A DNA stretch of 64,000 nt from Schmidtea nova (lineage: Eukaryota). The translations under genes were made by a program, and so were the position numbers. Positions within the stretch are counted from its first letter, which is position 1; the number at the start of each line of letters is the position of its first letter. The notes below the pieces were generated by a model, which worked only from the letters and a program-made list of their open reading frames with translations, made no database searches and was not told the origin of the DNA. Where the stretch lies: NCBI GenBank assembly GCA_044892505.1, contig CM097882.1, positions 380,432,001 to 380,496,000 on the forward strand. The letters run 5' to 3'. Positions 25,319 through 35,000 of the stretch are shown in pieces.

Positions 25319-26661
25319 CTATATTACATTCATTGGATATAAAATATATGAGTTAACGGAGGGAATTTGTTGATAAATCATTTATACTGCATATAATCAC
25401 AAAAGTTACTTAAAAATAAGATTAATTTTATTTCTCTCCGCCGTGATCTACCACGGTAGGAATAAAGAGTTCATAATTAGTTCTGTGCTATATACAGCAT
25501 TCAGGAATATAGAATTTAATACAGATTTCCGCGCTATATACAGCGATCGGACTATAACTTGGGAACCGCGCCATATACGACGATCGGCCTATTTTTAGTA
25601 ACTAATTTAATTTGGATTTTCCGACGCATTCCAACGCGATCGGAATTTATCGATATTAAAATTTTGTAGGCGAGATGCTGATTCCGAATGAAATCGGACT
25701 TTGGACTGCGTTGGATTTTCTCATTTCAGCGAAATTATTCAAATTTATTTTATTTGTTGCTCACTGTTTTTCCATGCGGGAGGTTCCATTTCGATTCAAT
25801 TGACTAAAAATTTAAATGATGAGCATGCCATACCATGGGGTGTCCCTCCTTATCAATCCGCCCCCCCCCCGCATTCTCCCTATTTGGCCCTCGACTCTCG
25901 TCCGTTGTGCAACCCAGAATTAAATAATTAGTAAATGGTCTGTACTAGATTAAAAATTCAATCAAATTTTCTAAATAAAATTCTACATCTAACTAAATAT
26001 TAAAAAGGTTGAACCGCCATGTGAGACCGTGAGGCCCCACAACGACGACTCGGACTCCCTCGCCGCGTGAGCAGCATAGGAAGTATAGCTATATGCATTA
26101 AAATGTCAATATCAAAAATAAAATAACGTTTACATATAAAATTTTTAATTGAACAAAAATCATGGGTACATCATATAAAACAAAATAAAGAAATTACTTC
26201 CGTACTTGAATGTGTGGTTCCTTGTATGAAATTCTGTTTTTTTCAAAAAATCTCGTTGGGTTCAATGAAATATTACTTAAATCAAAGTTTAGTCTTGATT
26301 GTAAGTTAAAAGTAAAACGTCTGTTGTTGTGATTTTTGGATCGGTATTTATACTGATCCGTCTGGTTGGATTGACCAATCAGGATCAGGCGTCCATCAAA
26401 GTATTTTTATTATTTTATTCTAATCTAAACATTATTTTGTTTCCTTTTCCGGTTTCTCGCTGGGTGGTCCTGATTTTCCAAGTAATTAATTAATTATTTG
26501 CACTATTATTTTATTTAATTCTATCTTTTCTTATTTCAGGCCCCCTTTTGCTGTTGTTTACCGGTTTATTTTCAAAATTTCCTTTTACTGAAAATTTATC
26601 AAATATTATTTGTCGTTTTATTGTTATTTTTAATTTGTTTTTCTTGTTATTTTTATGTTTA

Positions 26662-26862
26662 TTATTTTCTTATTGTTTTGTGTTTTTGCTCTTTTATTGT
26701 GTTTTTGGGTGATTTGGCGGGCCCAACTTGGGTTTGTCTTTCCAATTCCTCCTGTTTTCGGTAATAGGCATGAATCCATATCCCAATCCGCTCCATGTGA
26801 TTTCTGATCATTTCGTCTTGATGTACGGTTACTTCTTGTAAGGTTACTTCTATATTTCCCAT
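26662..26862 (-). CDS. 66-aa ORF crossing the internal/3' LTR boundary
   Basis: Element-sense strand; TAG-AA-ATG start context shared with other accessory ORFs. Confidence 0.4.
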   Translation of the reverse strand: MGNIEVTLQEVTVHQDEMIRNHMERIGIWIHAYYRKQEELERQTQVGPAKSPKNTIKEQKHKTIRK

Positions 26863-26992
26863 TTCTATAATTACAGATAAAAAGAATATTTAGTCAGGTT
26901 TTATTTTTATTGTTTTTGATTATTTGTTTTTCATATTGTTTTATACAGTTTATTTACATGGTCACTTCCTTTATTACGCCAACCATCCTTTT

Positions 26993-28348
26993 CTATCCGT
27001 TTTTCTCATGCCTCTCCATCTCTATGTATAGCGTGTCTGCATATAGTCGCTCCCATAGGTTTTCTTTCCTTATAAACATTGGTTCTCCTGCTGCTAGTCC
27101 GCATTCTGTTGTTGGTTTTTCGCTCGTACTCGTATGTTTGCCTGTTTCAAAGAACTTTTCCACTGGTTTTCCTATACTTTTGATTCTTATAATGACTCCT
27201 ACTTTCAAGGGCCATTCTATTAGGTCATCGTATTCTCCTTTACATAACGAGAAAAATATTGACACGTGTGTTCCTTGTCCTCTTCCGTCTCCATTTGGGT
27301 ATACTTTCAATCTTATTTTAACCCCGTTTTTCCATAAATAAAATGGTGGGCTTATTACTGCTGTTTTCGTCATATTTCTGGCTTCTGCTAGTTTGTCTCT
27401 GAAATCTGTCACTTTCCATAGGTAAGGTGCGATTGGTAAATCCCTTCTTTCGTCAATTTCTCGTATTAGTTGATTATATTGTATTTTCATTCCTTTTCCT
27501 AATTCTTCTATGGCTATTATTTTCTTTTCCATTCTTTCGCGAGTTAGTTCAAACTGCTCTCTTGTTTCTAGTAGTAAACTCATCATTATCTTATGTGATT
27601 CTACTTCTTTTTCTAATTTCTGGATTGTCTGTTTCGTTTCTTTTGTCGTTTCGTTTGTCATTTCCACATGCGTTAGTGCTGCTTCTTCTAGGTGTTGTTT
27701 CATTGATTGCCGCGTCCGCTTTTCTTTGCATCCCTGTTTGTTATATGGACATTCTCTTGGTCTTTCGGTACATACTTTCCAATGTTCATGTAACTTTACT
27801 TCTGTTATTTCGCAATTGTTTGGATATTTACTTACATATTGTCTGCATACTTTCTCCTCTGTTATATTCAAGTGTTCCTCTTCGATTTTTCTCCTCGTTT
27901 CTCGAGTTTCACAATACTCGCATGCGATTTCTTCTTCTTTACATTCTTCCTTGTGTTGTTCTCTCTTCTTTAGAGTTATTGTCTGTTGGCATTTCTCGCA
28001 TTCGGCTCTCTTTTCCTCGCATTTTTCCATATGGTTTTCCAGATTACTTATTTGTCCTTGCCATGTACAAGGTGTATTTACGCACTCCGTTGTGGTGCTC
28101 ATAATTTCTCTTTGGGTTGCTTTGTCCGTTCTGGTTTCGTCCAACACTATTCTTCCTTCCTTACATTCTGGGCATGTTGTTATTCCGGTTGCGTCTAATT
28201 CTTGTATACATTTTGTACATATTCTACATCCACATATCGTTTGTCTGGGTTCTCGTAATAAATTGTTACACTTCCCGCATGTGAGCCTCTTGCTCCATTT
28301 TCTGTTTTCTAGTCTCAAAATTTTGATTATTCGTTCTTCTCTGTCCAT
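26993..28348 (-). CDS. TRAF: TRAF-family protein: RING, TRAF zinc fingers, coiled coil, MATH domain; intronless
   Basis: CGKCNNLLREPRQTICGCRICTKC...CPEC; YLWKVTDF...SPPFY...KVYPNGDGRGQGTHVSIFF...GEYDDLIEWP. Confidence 0.93.
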   Translation of the reverse strand: MDREERIIKILRLENRKWSKRLTCGKCNNLLREPRQTICGCRICTKCIQELDATGITTCPECKEGRIVLDETRTDKATQREIMSTTTECVNTPCTWQGQISNLENHMEKCEEKRAECEKCQQTITLKKREQHKEECKEEEIACEYCETRETRRKIEEEHLNITEEKVCRQYVSKYPNNCEITEVKLHEHWKVCTERPRECPYNKQGCKEKRTRQSMKQHLEEAALTHVEMTNETTKETKQTIQKLEKEVESHKIMMSLLLETREQFELTRERMEKKIIAIEELGKGMKIQYNQLIREIDERRDLPIAPYLWKVTDFRDKLAEARNMTKTAVISPPFYLWKNGVKIRLKVYPNGDGRGQGTHVSIFFSLCKGEYDDLIEWPLKVGVIIRIKSIGKPVEKFFETGKHTSTSEKPTTECGLAAGEPMFIRKENLWERLYADTLYIEMERHEKNG

Positions 28349-28440
28349 TTTCTACAATAATATATACATTCGACCTGTCATTTATTTTTGGTTTTTCTTG
28401 TTTTTATTTTTACATATTTACAATTTTCCGCTTTATTTAT

Positions 28441-28797
28441 CTATGGCTCATTCGTTGAATCTGGTTCCGCTTCGTTGTTTAGTCTATTTATTACCCAACT
28501 CATCCATCCTTCTTCGGATTCTTCTCTTTCTCCTCGTGTTAAATGGTTTATTTCTATTGCTTGTCTTTGATTGATATTGCTTATATTTTGATTTTCTCTG
28601 GTGAGCTCGGTTATCACTCTTTGTTGTTCTTCTATTCTGTGTAATTGTTCGAAACAGTTGTTATAACTTTCTGATAATAACATTTGTCTTTCCGCTAATT
28701 GGTTCTGTAATGAGTTGACTGTTCGTACTAATAAATCACATTGTGCTTTCCATCTCATAGCCATAGTTATTTCAGTTGTTTCGTCCTGTTCGGTCAT
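28441..28797 (-). CDS. 118-aa coiled-coil-like accessory protein, unknown
   Basis: Intact ORF between two element ORFs; heptad-like LQNQLAERQ...ITELTRENQ. Confidence 0.65.
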   Translation of the reverse strand: MTEQDETTEITMAMRWKAQCDLLVRTVNSLQNQLAERQMLLSESYNNCFEQLHRIEEQQRVITELTRENQNISNINQRQAIEINHLTRGEREESEEGWMSWVINRLNNEAEPDSTNEP

Positions 28798-28922
28798 TTT
28801 CTAAATTATATACATCATTTACTTTGCTTTTCTAGCTTTTTACAATTTTTATAATATCGATACCCATACTATTACGGTAATGCTTTGTTATTTACACTAT
28901 TATTTACAGTCATAATCCGCCC

Positions 28923-31900
28923 CTATACCATCATTATCGTCTTTTCCTCGTATCGTTCTTCATCTTCTATTTGTTTCCAGAATTCTTTACCTTTCGTTCT
29001 TCTTTGAAATTCTTTCTGTATCTCTTCTGGTATTTCTATTCTTTGCTTCATAATTTTAATATCTGGCCATTGTATGGCTGTCGCTTTGTTTCTCTTTCTG
29101 TATCTCCAATATATTATCATGCTTGTCGTCATTATCCCATATGCTATTAATATTCCTATACTGATTAATCCTATTACTGTTTTTCCACGGTTTGTTGCTT
29201 TGATTTTATTCTGATTCACTTTTATCTCATTTTGCGTTTGAGCCTCTGGCCTCTTCTCCTTCTGCACTTGACTCTTGACTTGGTTCATTACTTCTTGTGT
29301 AGACCAATGGCGGTTTATTAGTTGTTTGACGTTATTTTCTTTTGTTCGGTTTTCCATGTTTCCTGGTTCGATCTGTTGTTGTAGTTTCTCTGAGATCTGA
29401 TATAATCCGCATTCTGGTTTTTCTGAACCTTTTCTGGTGAAGGTACATATCGCGTATGTCCTATTTACTTCCATTTTCTTTAATTCGACTTTTTCTTTAT
29501 TCTTTATTTCTTTACGGTGGGTTAGGTTGTCTTCTTCCCCTTCTGGGTTATGCTTTGTCCAACATATTCCTTTAACTGTTTGATCGAGTCCTGTTATTGT
29601 CAGAGTTCTTTCTGTCTTTGTTAATTTTTCTTCATCGAATTTCAGTATCTCTCCTTTTTGGAATGTCTTGCAATGCTCTATTCCCTCTTGGATTCCTCTC
29701 TCCCAGATACATATACTTCCTTCTTCATTCATTTGTATTTCTTGTATTTCGATTTCCTTGTTTGTTTGTGATTCGTCGCTTGTCTGAACTTGGTATTCCT
29801 TCCTTGGTTCGTTGTATGTTCCCCAGCATAGTTTGTTGCTGCTTGTTTTTCTTATTGTTATGGCCATTTGTTCTATTATTATTCCTTTGTCAATACGTTT
29901 GGACATTGCTATTATTAACGCTATGCATATGACATCTTGTTGGGGTGATGCTCCTTCTCTCGTGTTATTTATGCTTCTCTCCCCTTCTCCTGGTTTATCC
30001 GTTGTGTTTCTTATCTGAGTTGCTGGTTGATCTATTGTGTTTTTGATTTCTTTCTTTGTTGGTTTTACTCTATACCATTCAAGTCTAGGCGTTTCATATT
30101 TTTGACATACGACTGTCTTAGGTAGCCCCGACTTCTTTTCCTTTTCTATTATGCATATCCGATGCATGATTCCTCTATCCATCCCTTCTATTCGTACTAT
30201 ATCCTGGTCGGATTTTCTGATTATGCATTTTAGTGGGTTATCTTTCCCAATTGGTTCATCCTCTCTATTCCAGCATATTTTCTCGACCTCCTGGACATTT
30301 ACTATTTTTATCCCTGCTTGTAGGTTTGTTGCTTCTTCCCTATTGATTAATGTCAATATTATTGTTAGACCCAACCATTTTGAACTCTGCGGTAGGCTTC
30401 TGGTTCGCCTTTCATATTTTTTCTCTTCTCCTTTAATCTCTTTTATTTCCTTGTCTTTGTTGTTCATTCCTAGTTTTGCGATTTTTGCTTCTTTCTTACT
30501 CCTGGTCGGTTTTGGTTCTTCTCGTACTTCTAGTATTTCGACTCCATGGCTTGTATTATCTATATTTAGCCATTGGGTTGTTGATTTTCTTGGGCTTATC
30601 TTGCGTATCCATATAGTTGATAATGCGATTATTACCGGTATGGTCGCTGTTAATATTCCTAAACCAATTAGTTCTTTAATTTCTTTATTCTCGTCTGTTT
30701 GTATAGATTCGCTTTGGTTGAACATTATTCCGTATTGTCCCTTTAGTTTTCTCATTAATTGTTCTCGTTCCTCTTGCTTTCTTTCGACTTCTTTGATAAC
30801 TTCTTCAGGTGTCCATTTTGCCTGAGGGTCGGTTATTATTTTCTCTGCGTCCATTTGTTCGTTCGTTTGGCTTAGTTCCTTGAATTCAAGTTTCCTTGTT
30901 ATTCCTTTTGATGTTGCGTTTGCTGGTGTATAGTAGGTTTCGCATCTTTCTTGTTGGTTTCCCAGTGCGTCCATTTTTTCTATTGCACATACTTCATACT
31001 CGCTATTAAATTGTAGTTTTTCGATCTTGATTTCTTTATTTGTTTTTCTGCACTCTCTTGATTGTCTTCTTATATGTTTCTGGACTATTATCCAACATAT
31101 TTCTGATGTTTTATTCTCTATTTTCCATAATGTCAGAGTTGCTGATGTCTTTTTCTCGGGTTTTGTCGTAACTTCTTGGCTTATCGGTTGTTTATTGTTT
31201 TTAAAGGTAGTGGTGTACTTCGGTTTTCCTTTGTTTCGTTGTCTTCTTTTATTTTTTCGTGTTAACGTCTTAGTTCTTGTTCCGGTTGAAGTTGTATATA
31301 TTCCGCATTCTAGGTCGTTTATCGTTATCTGATCATTTTTCTTTACCAAACATATTTCGTAGGTTTGTTTACCTTCTAAACCTTTTATTTGAATCGTCGT
31401 TGTTCCTGTGTTTGTTTGACATTGTGGTGTCGTTCTTTTATTTACTTCTTTTTCGTACTTCCTCCAGCATACTCCTTTCACATTTGGTTCTATCTCTTTT
31501 ATTTCTAATGTTATGTTTACTTTCTGCTTGATTTGTTTATTTCTCTTCCTCGTTCTCCTCCTGAACTTTATTACTTCTCCAGGTTGGAATGTTTTACATT
31601 TTGTGGTACCTTTCTTGTTTGTCTCTTTTTCTAGTAGGCATAGTTTGTATGTCTTATCTGCTTTTACTTCGGATACTTTAATTACTTTATTCGTTGTTGG
31701 TTTTCGACTTTTCCTTATTTCATTTACGCCGATTTCCTCGTCATTCCTCGCCCAACATTTTATGTTAGTGTTCTGTGTATCTTCCACTTCTGTTATTGTC
31801 ATAGTTTCAATTTCTATTCCTTCCTCTAATCGTTTTATTATTATTAGTATGAGTGCTAAGCATAATACTTCCATTTGGTAAGACACTCTTTCGGTTTCGT

Positions 31901-32015
31901 TTGTGGCAACTCTTGCTTCGGGCCTCTTTATTGTAATTCGTATAGTTGGTGTTGTTTGCTTATCTATTGCCTGGGGTTTTTGTTTTCTGTTCCCTGTGTC
32001 TCTGTTCTTCCACAT
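28923..32015 (-). CDS. 1030-aa membrane protein with six FN3-like repeats and several hydrophobic segments
   Basis: Repeated about 90-aa unit (I.I...[IV]CW...I.I..L....Y.[IV]C...C..[YF].T); TM-like LIGLGILTATIPVIIAL and VIGLISIGILIAYGIM; continues a unit that starts at the end of pol. Confidence 0.75.
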   Translation of the reverse strand: MWKNRDTGNRKQKPQAIDKQTTPTIRITIKRPEARVATNETERVSYQMEVLCLALILIIIKRLEEGIEIETMTITEVEDTQNTNIKCWARNDEEIGVNEIRKSRKPTTNKVIKVSEVKADKTYKLCLLEKETNKKGTTKCKTFQPGEVIKFRRRTRKRNKQIKQKVNITLEIKEIEPNVKGVCWRKYEKEVNKRTTPQCQTNTGTTTIQIKGLEGKQTYEICLVKKNDQITINDLECGIYTTSTGTRTKTLTRKNKRRQRNKGKPKYTTTFKNNKQPISQEVTTKPEKKTSATLTLWKIENKTSEICWIIVQKHIRRQSRECRKTNKEIKIEKLQFNSEYEVCAIEKMDALGNQQERCETYYTPANATSKGITRKLEFKELSQTNEQMDAEKIITDPQAKWTPEEVIKEVERKQEEREQLMRKLKGQYGIMFNQSESIQTDENKEIKELIGLGILTATIPVIIALSTIWIRKISPRKSTTQWLNIDNTSHGVEILEVREEPKPTRSKKEAKIAKLGMNNKDKEIKEIKGEEKKYERRTRSLPQSSKWLGLTIILTLINREEATNLQAGIKIVNVQEVEKICWNREDEPIGKDNPLKCIIRKSDQDIVRIEGMDRGIMHRICIIEKEKKSGLPKTVVCQKYETPRLEWYRVKPTKKEIKNTIDQPATQIRNTTDKPGEGERSINNTREGASPQQDVICIALIIAMSKRIDKGIIIEQMAITIRKTSSNKLCWGTYNEPRKEYQVQTSDESQTNKEIEIQEIQMNEEGSICIWERGIQEGIEHCKTFQKGEILKFDEEKLTKTERTLTITGLDQTVKGICWTKHNPEGEEDNLTHRKEIKNKEKVELKKMEVNRTYAICTFTRKGSEKPECGLYQISEKLQQQIEPGNMENRTKENNVKQLINRHWSTQEVMNQVKSQVQKEKRPEAQTQNEIKVNQNKIKATNRGKTVIGLISIGILIAYGIMTTSMIIYWRYRKRNKATAIQWPDIKIMKQRIEIPEEIQKEFQRRTKGKEFWKQIEDEERYEEKTIMMV

Positions 32016-35000
32016 TTTCCGAGGATGTAATCTCCTTTGGGTGACTGTTGTATTGTCATGGCTGCTTTAGGTGTTTGGTATTTTGCACATGCGATTGTGT
32101 TGTGTGATCTTGGATGCTTTTGTTTTCTAACGGTGCATATTTTGTACCAGGTATTTAGATCTAGGTCGTTGATCTCTATGATTTCTTGCTCGTGTTCTGA
32201 GATTCTGCAATCCATCGGACTATTTTGTTCCGTGATTTTGTCCTTTTTTGACCAACATACTCGTTCGATTCCTTTTGCGTTTTTTATTTGTATTATTGCC
32301 CTTTCTTCACATGTCATTCCTTGACTTGGGTTAATTAACGTTAAAATCACTGTAAATAATAGTAATTCTGGTTTGAAGAATGGTTTTATGGTTGATTTAT
32401 AACCTGTTCTTTGGGTGTCATTTTTATCTCCTTGGTCGTTTTTTCCTTGTTCTCCATCTTCATCTTTTTGTTTTTCGTCTTCATTTTTCTTTTCTTCCTT
32501 GTCTCGTTTCTTGTCTTTTCCCTCGTGTTCCTCTTTATCTGGTGGCTCGTGATCGTTTGACTTTTCTGAGTTGTTACCGTCGTCACTATCTGTATTGTCA
32601 TCTCCCCCTGGCTCGTCGAAAATGTCGTCCTCGACATTGATTTCTTCTATTAATTTTGCATATGCTAATGTCGTTAGATTACTTGCCTCAAATTCTTGTG
32701 TTTCTACCTGCTCCGGTATTACTTTGTTAGTGGATTTATATTCCCAGATTTCCTTTTTGGCCTTGATCCAATTGTTGATATATGTCTTCATCAATTCTTT
32801 CCATTTGCCTGTGTATTTTTCTTCTTTCGGGCTGGTTGTGATTCTTAGATCCTTTCTTTCCATAAACATTTTCAATATTTCTGGCCATTTATACGTTATT
32901 AAGGCACTTCTTATACACCAGTTTTGGTTATGTTCTGTAAACTTGTTAATCCTGAATGCTGGTTCGTTAGTATTCGGATTTATCCACGTAAGTATTGCTT
33001 CTGTTAGTTCGACGTTATGCATCATTGTTAGTACACTGGGTTTCCTGACCGTATCAGTTAGGTAATCTATTTCTTCCTGATTTGAGATTGTTTTAATGAA
33101 GTTGACCATTTCCCAATTATGTGTTAGTAATGCTACATCCAAAATTGAATTATCTTTATCTGTCTTTCCAGTAAGTCCTGCACCTGCTTTATATAGTTCT
33201 TCTAATACCTTTGTTTTCGTTTTAGCTCTTGCTGCAAATACCATAAGTGTATCTCCTTTCTCGTCTATCATATTCATGTTGCTTCCGCAATTTAACATTA
33301 CTCTTGCAATTTCCATTACTTTTCTATCTTTGCCACTTCGTAGAGCTCTATGTATGGGCATTATTCCGTCCTTTGGTAGTAAAAATGTTACTGGCATCTC
33401 CTTTTTTATAGTCGTTATGTCGTTACCATTGTATGTTCCTTTTGCGTATGCGTGTACTTTTTCAACTAATGCGCCGAGTATTTCCAGTGCATGTTTACTA
33501 TTCTCGAATTCCGGTAACAATTCTTTTGCTTTTTCTTGTATCGCATCTAGTCTAGCTTGGTATGGTGCTTCTGCTTTGAAGAGTGGTGTGAGTTTCTTGT
33601 TACTTTCTCTTTCTTTTTTCTCTAAAACCTGTTTGCATTTTTCAGGATGGTTTAAGATTTTTACTAATTCCTCATATTCGCTTACTATCGTCTGGTATTT
33701 CTCGTTAAAATTGTTTATGTCTTTGTATGTTATTAGTTTATCAAGTGGTTTCGCGCACCATTTCCTAATCTTGTTGAATAAGGCATTCTTTTCTTTATCG
33801 AATTGATGTTCTTCTTCATTCTTTGTGATGTTTATGTTTCCTCTGTCTAATAAGGTTAGTAATGTCTTCTGATCACAAGTAAATTTCAAAAGGTATCTTA
33901 ACAGTGCGTTTTGTCCTTCGCTGTATACTTCGTTTATGTCTAAGACCCATGTATCATCTTCTGGTCGTTTCCATTTGATTAACTTACGGATCGTGTTGCA
34001 TTTACCAATTTTGATTGCCTCTTTGATAATGTCTCCTTTAACTAGTTCGTCTATCTCCCAAGTGGAGTTAGCTATTATGTATTTCAGCATTGGTTGGTGA
34101 GAACTCCATATTACGTGATTTAGCACTGTTTTGTCTTCTCTATCTCGTTCTGTCCAACTGAAATGAGCTTTTATCAATAGATCTATCATTTCTTTATCTG
34201 CTTGGTGGATTGCGGCTGTCATTAATGGAGTTTCTTGTTCCCGATTCCCTACGTCCAAGTTTTGGTTTGTTTCTTTTGCGATTTTTAGGAATTCTTTTGC
34301 TCTTTCAATGTTTTTACACTCTATCGCATTGTGTAAGGCTGGTTGTCCTCCTACATCTTTCAATAAGAGTATTTCTGGGATTTTTATCAATAATTCAGAA
34401 ATAATTGGTTCGGTTGGTAATCCTTGTGCGTAACGGCTAATTATATGTCTAATGTCCCTTGATATGCCTACTTCGTCTTTAACATGCCATCTTCCCATTA
34501 TCTCTCTCGCCTTCAATATGATTTCTTTATTTCTGATTTCCTTTTGCCTTATTTCCGCTTTGTCGTCTTCAGTTGCATTAGCTCTGAGCATATTTATCCT
34601 GGCTGTTTGTGATCTGGTTATTATTCGATTTTCTGGTGTTGTAGTTATCGTTTTAGGCACCTTCTTACATCTGCAGGTGTTTACATATATGGGTCGTATT
34701 AACGGTCGATTTATTAGCTTAACTTTGACATTATTGTCCTTTTTGTATATAATTTCGTAAGGTCCTCTTCCAGGTCTTTGGAGTTTCTTAACAGTTCCTG
34801 GTATTATTTCGGGAGTTTCTATTATCACCCAATCTCCTGGTTTTAGGTTGTTCGCTTTAACATTTTTCTTCTGGTCGTGTAAATCCTTATAACTTTCTTG
34901 ATAAAATTTAATGTTGAGTTCTGCCGTTTTCCATATTTCCTGCATCCTTTCTTTGAATTTGGTTACGTAGTCGTCGTCTTCCATATATTGCGATAATGGT

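Larger units (their letters stand above)
23616..26728 (-). repeat. 3' LTR of the giant element (3113 bp)
   Basis: Near-identical to 48308-51433; 14-nt deletion near 24381 and a few other small differences. Confidence 0.95.
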
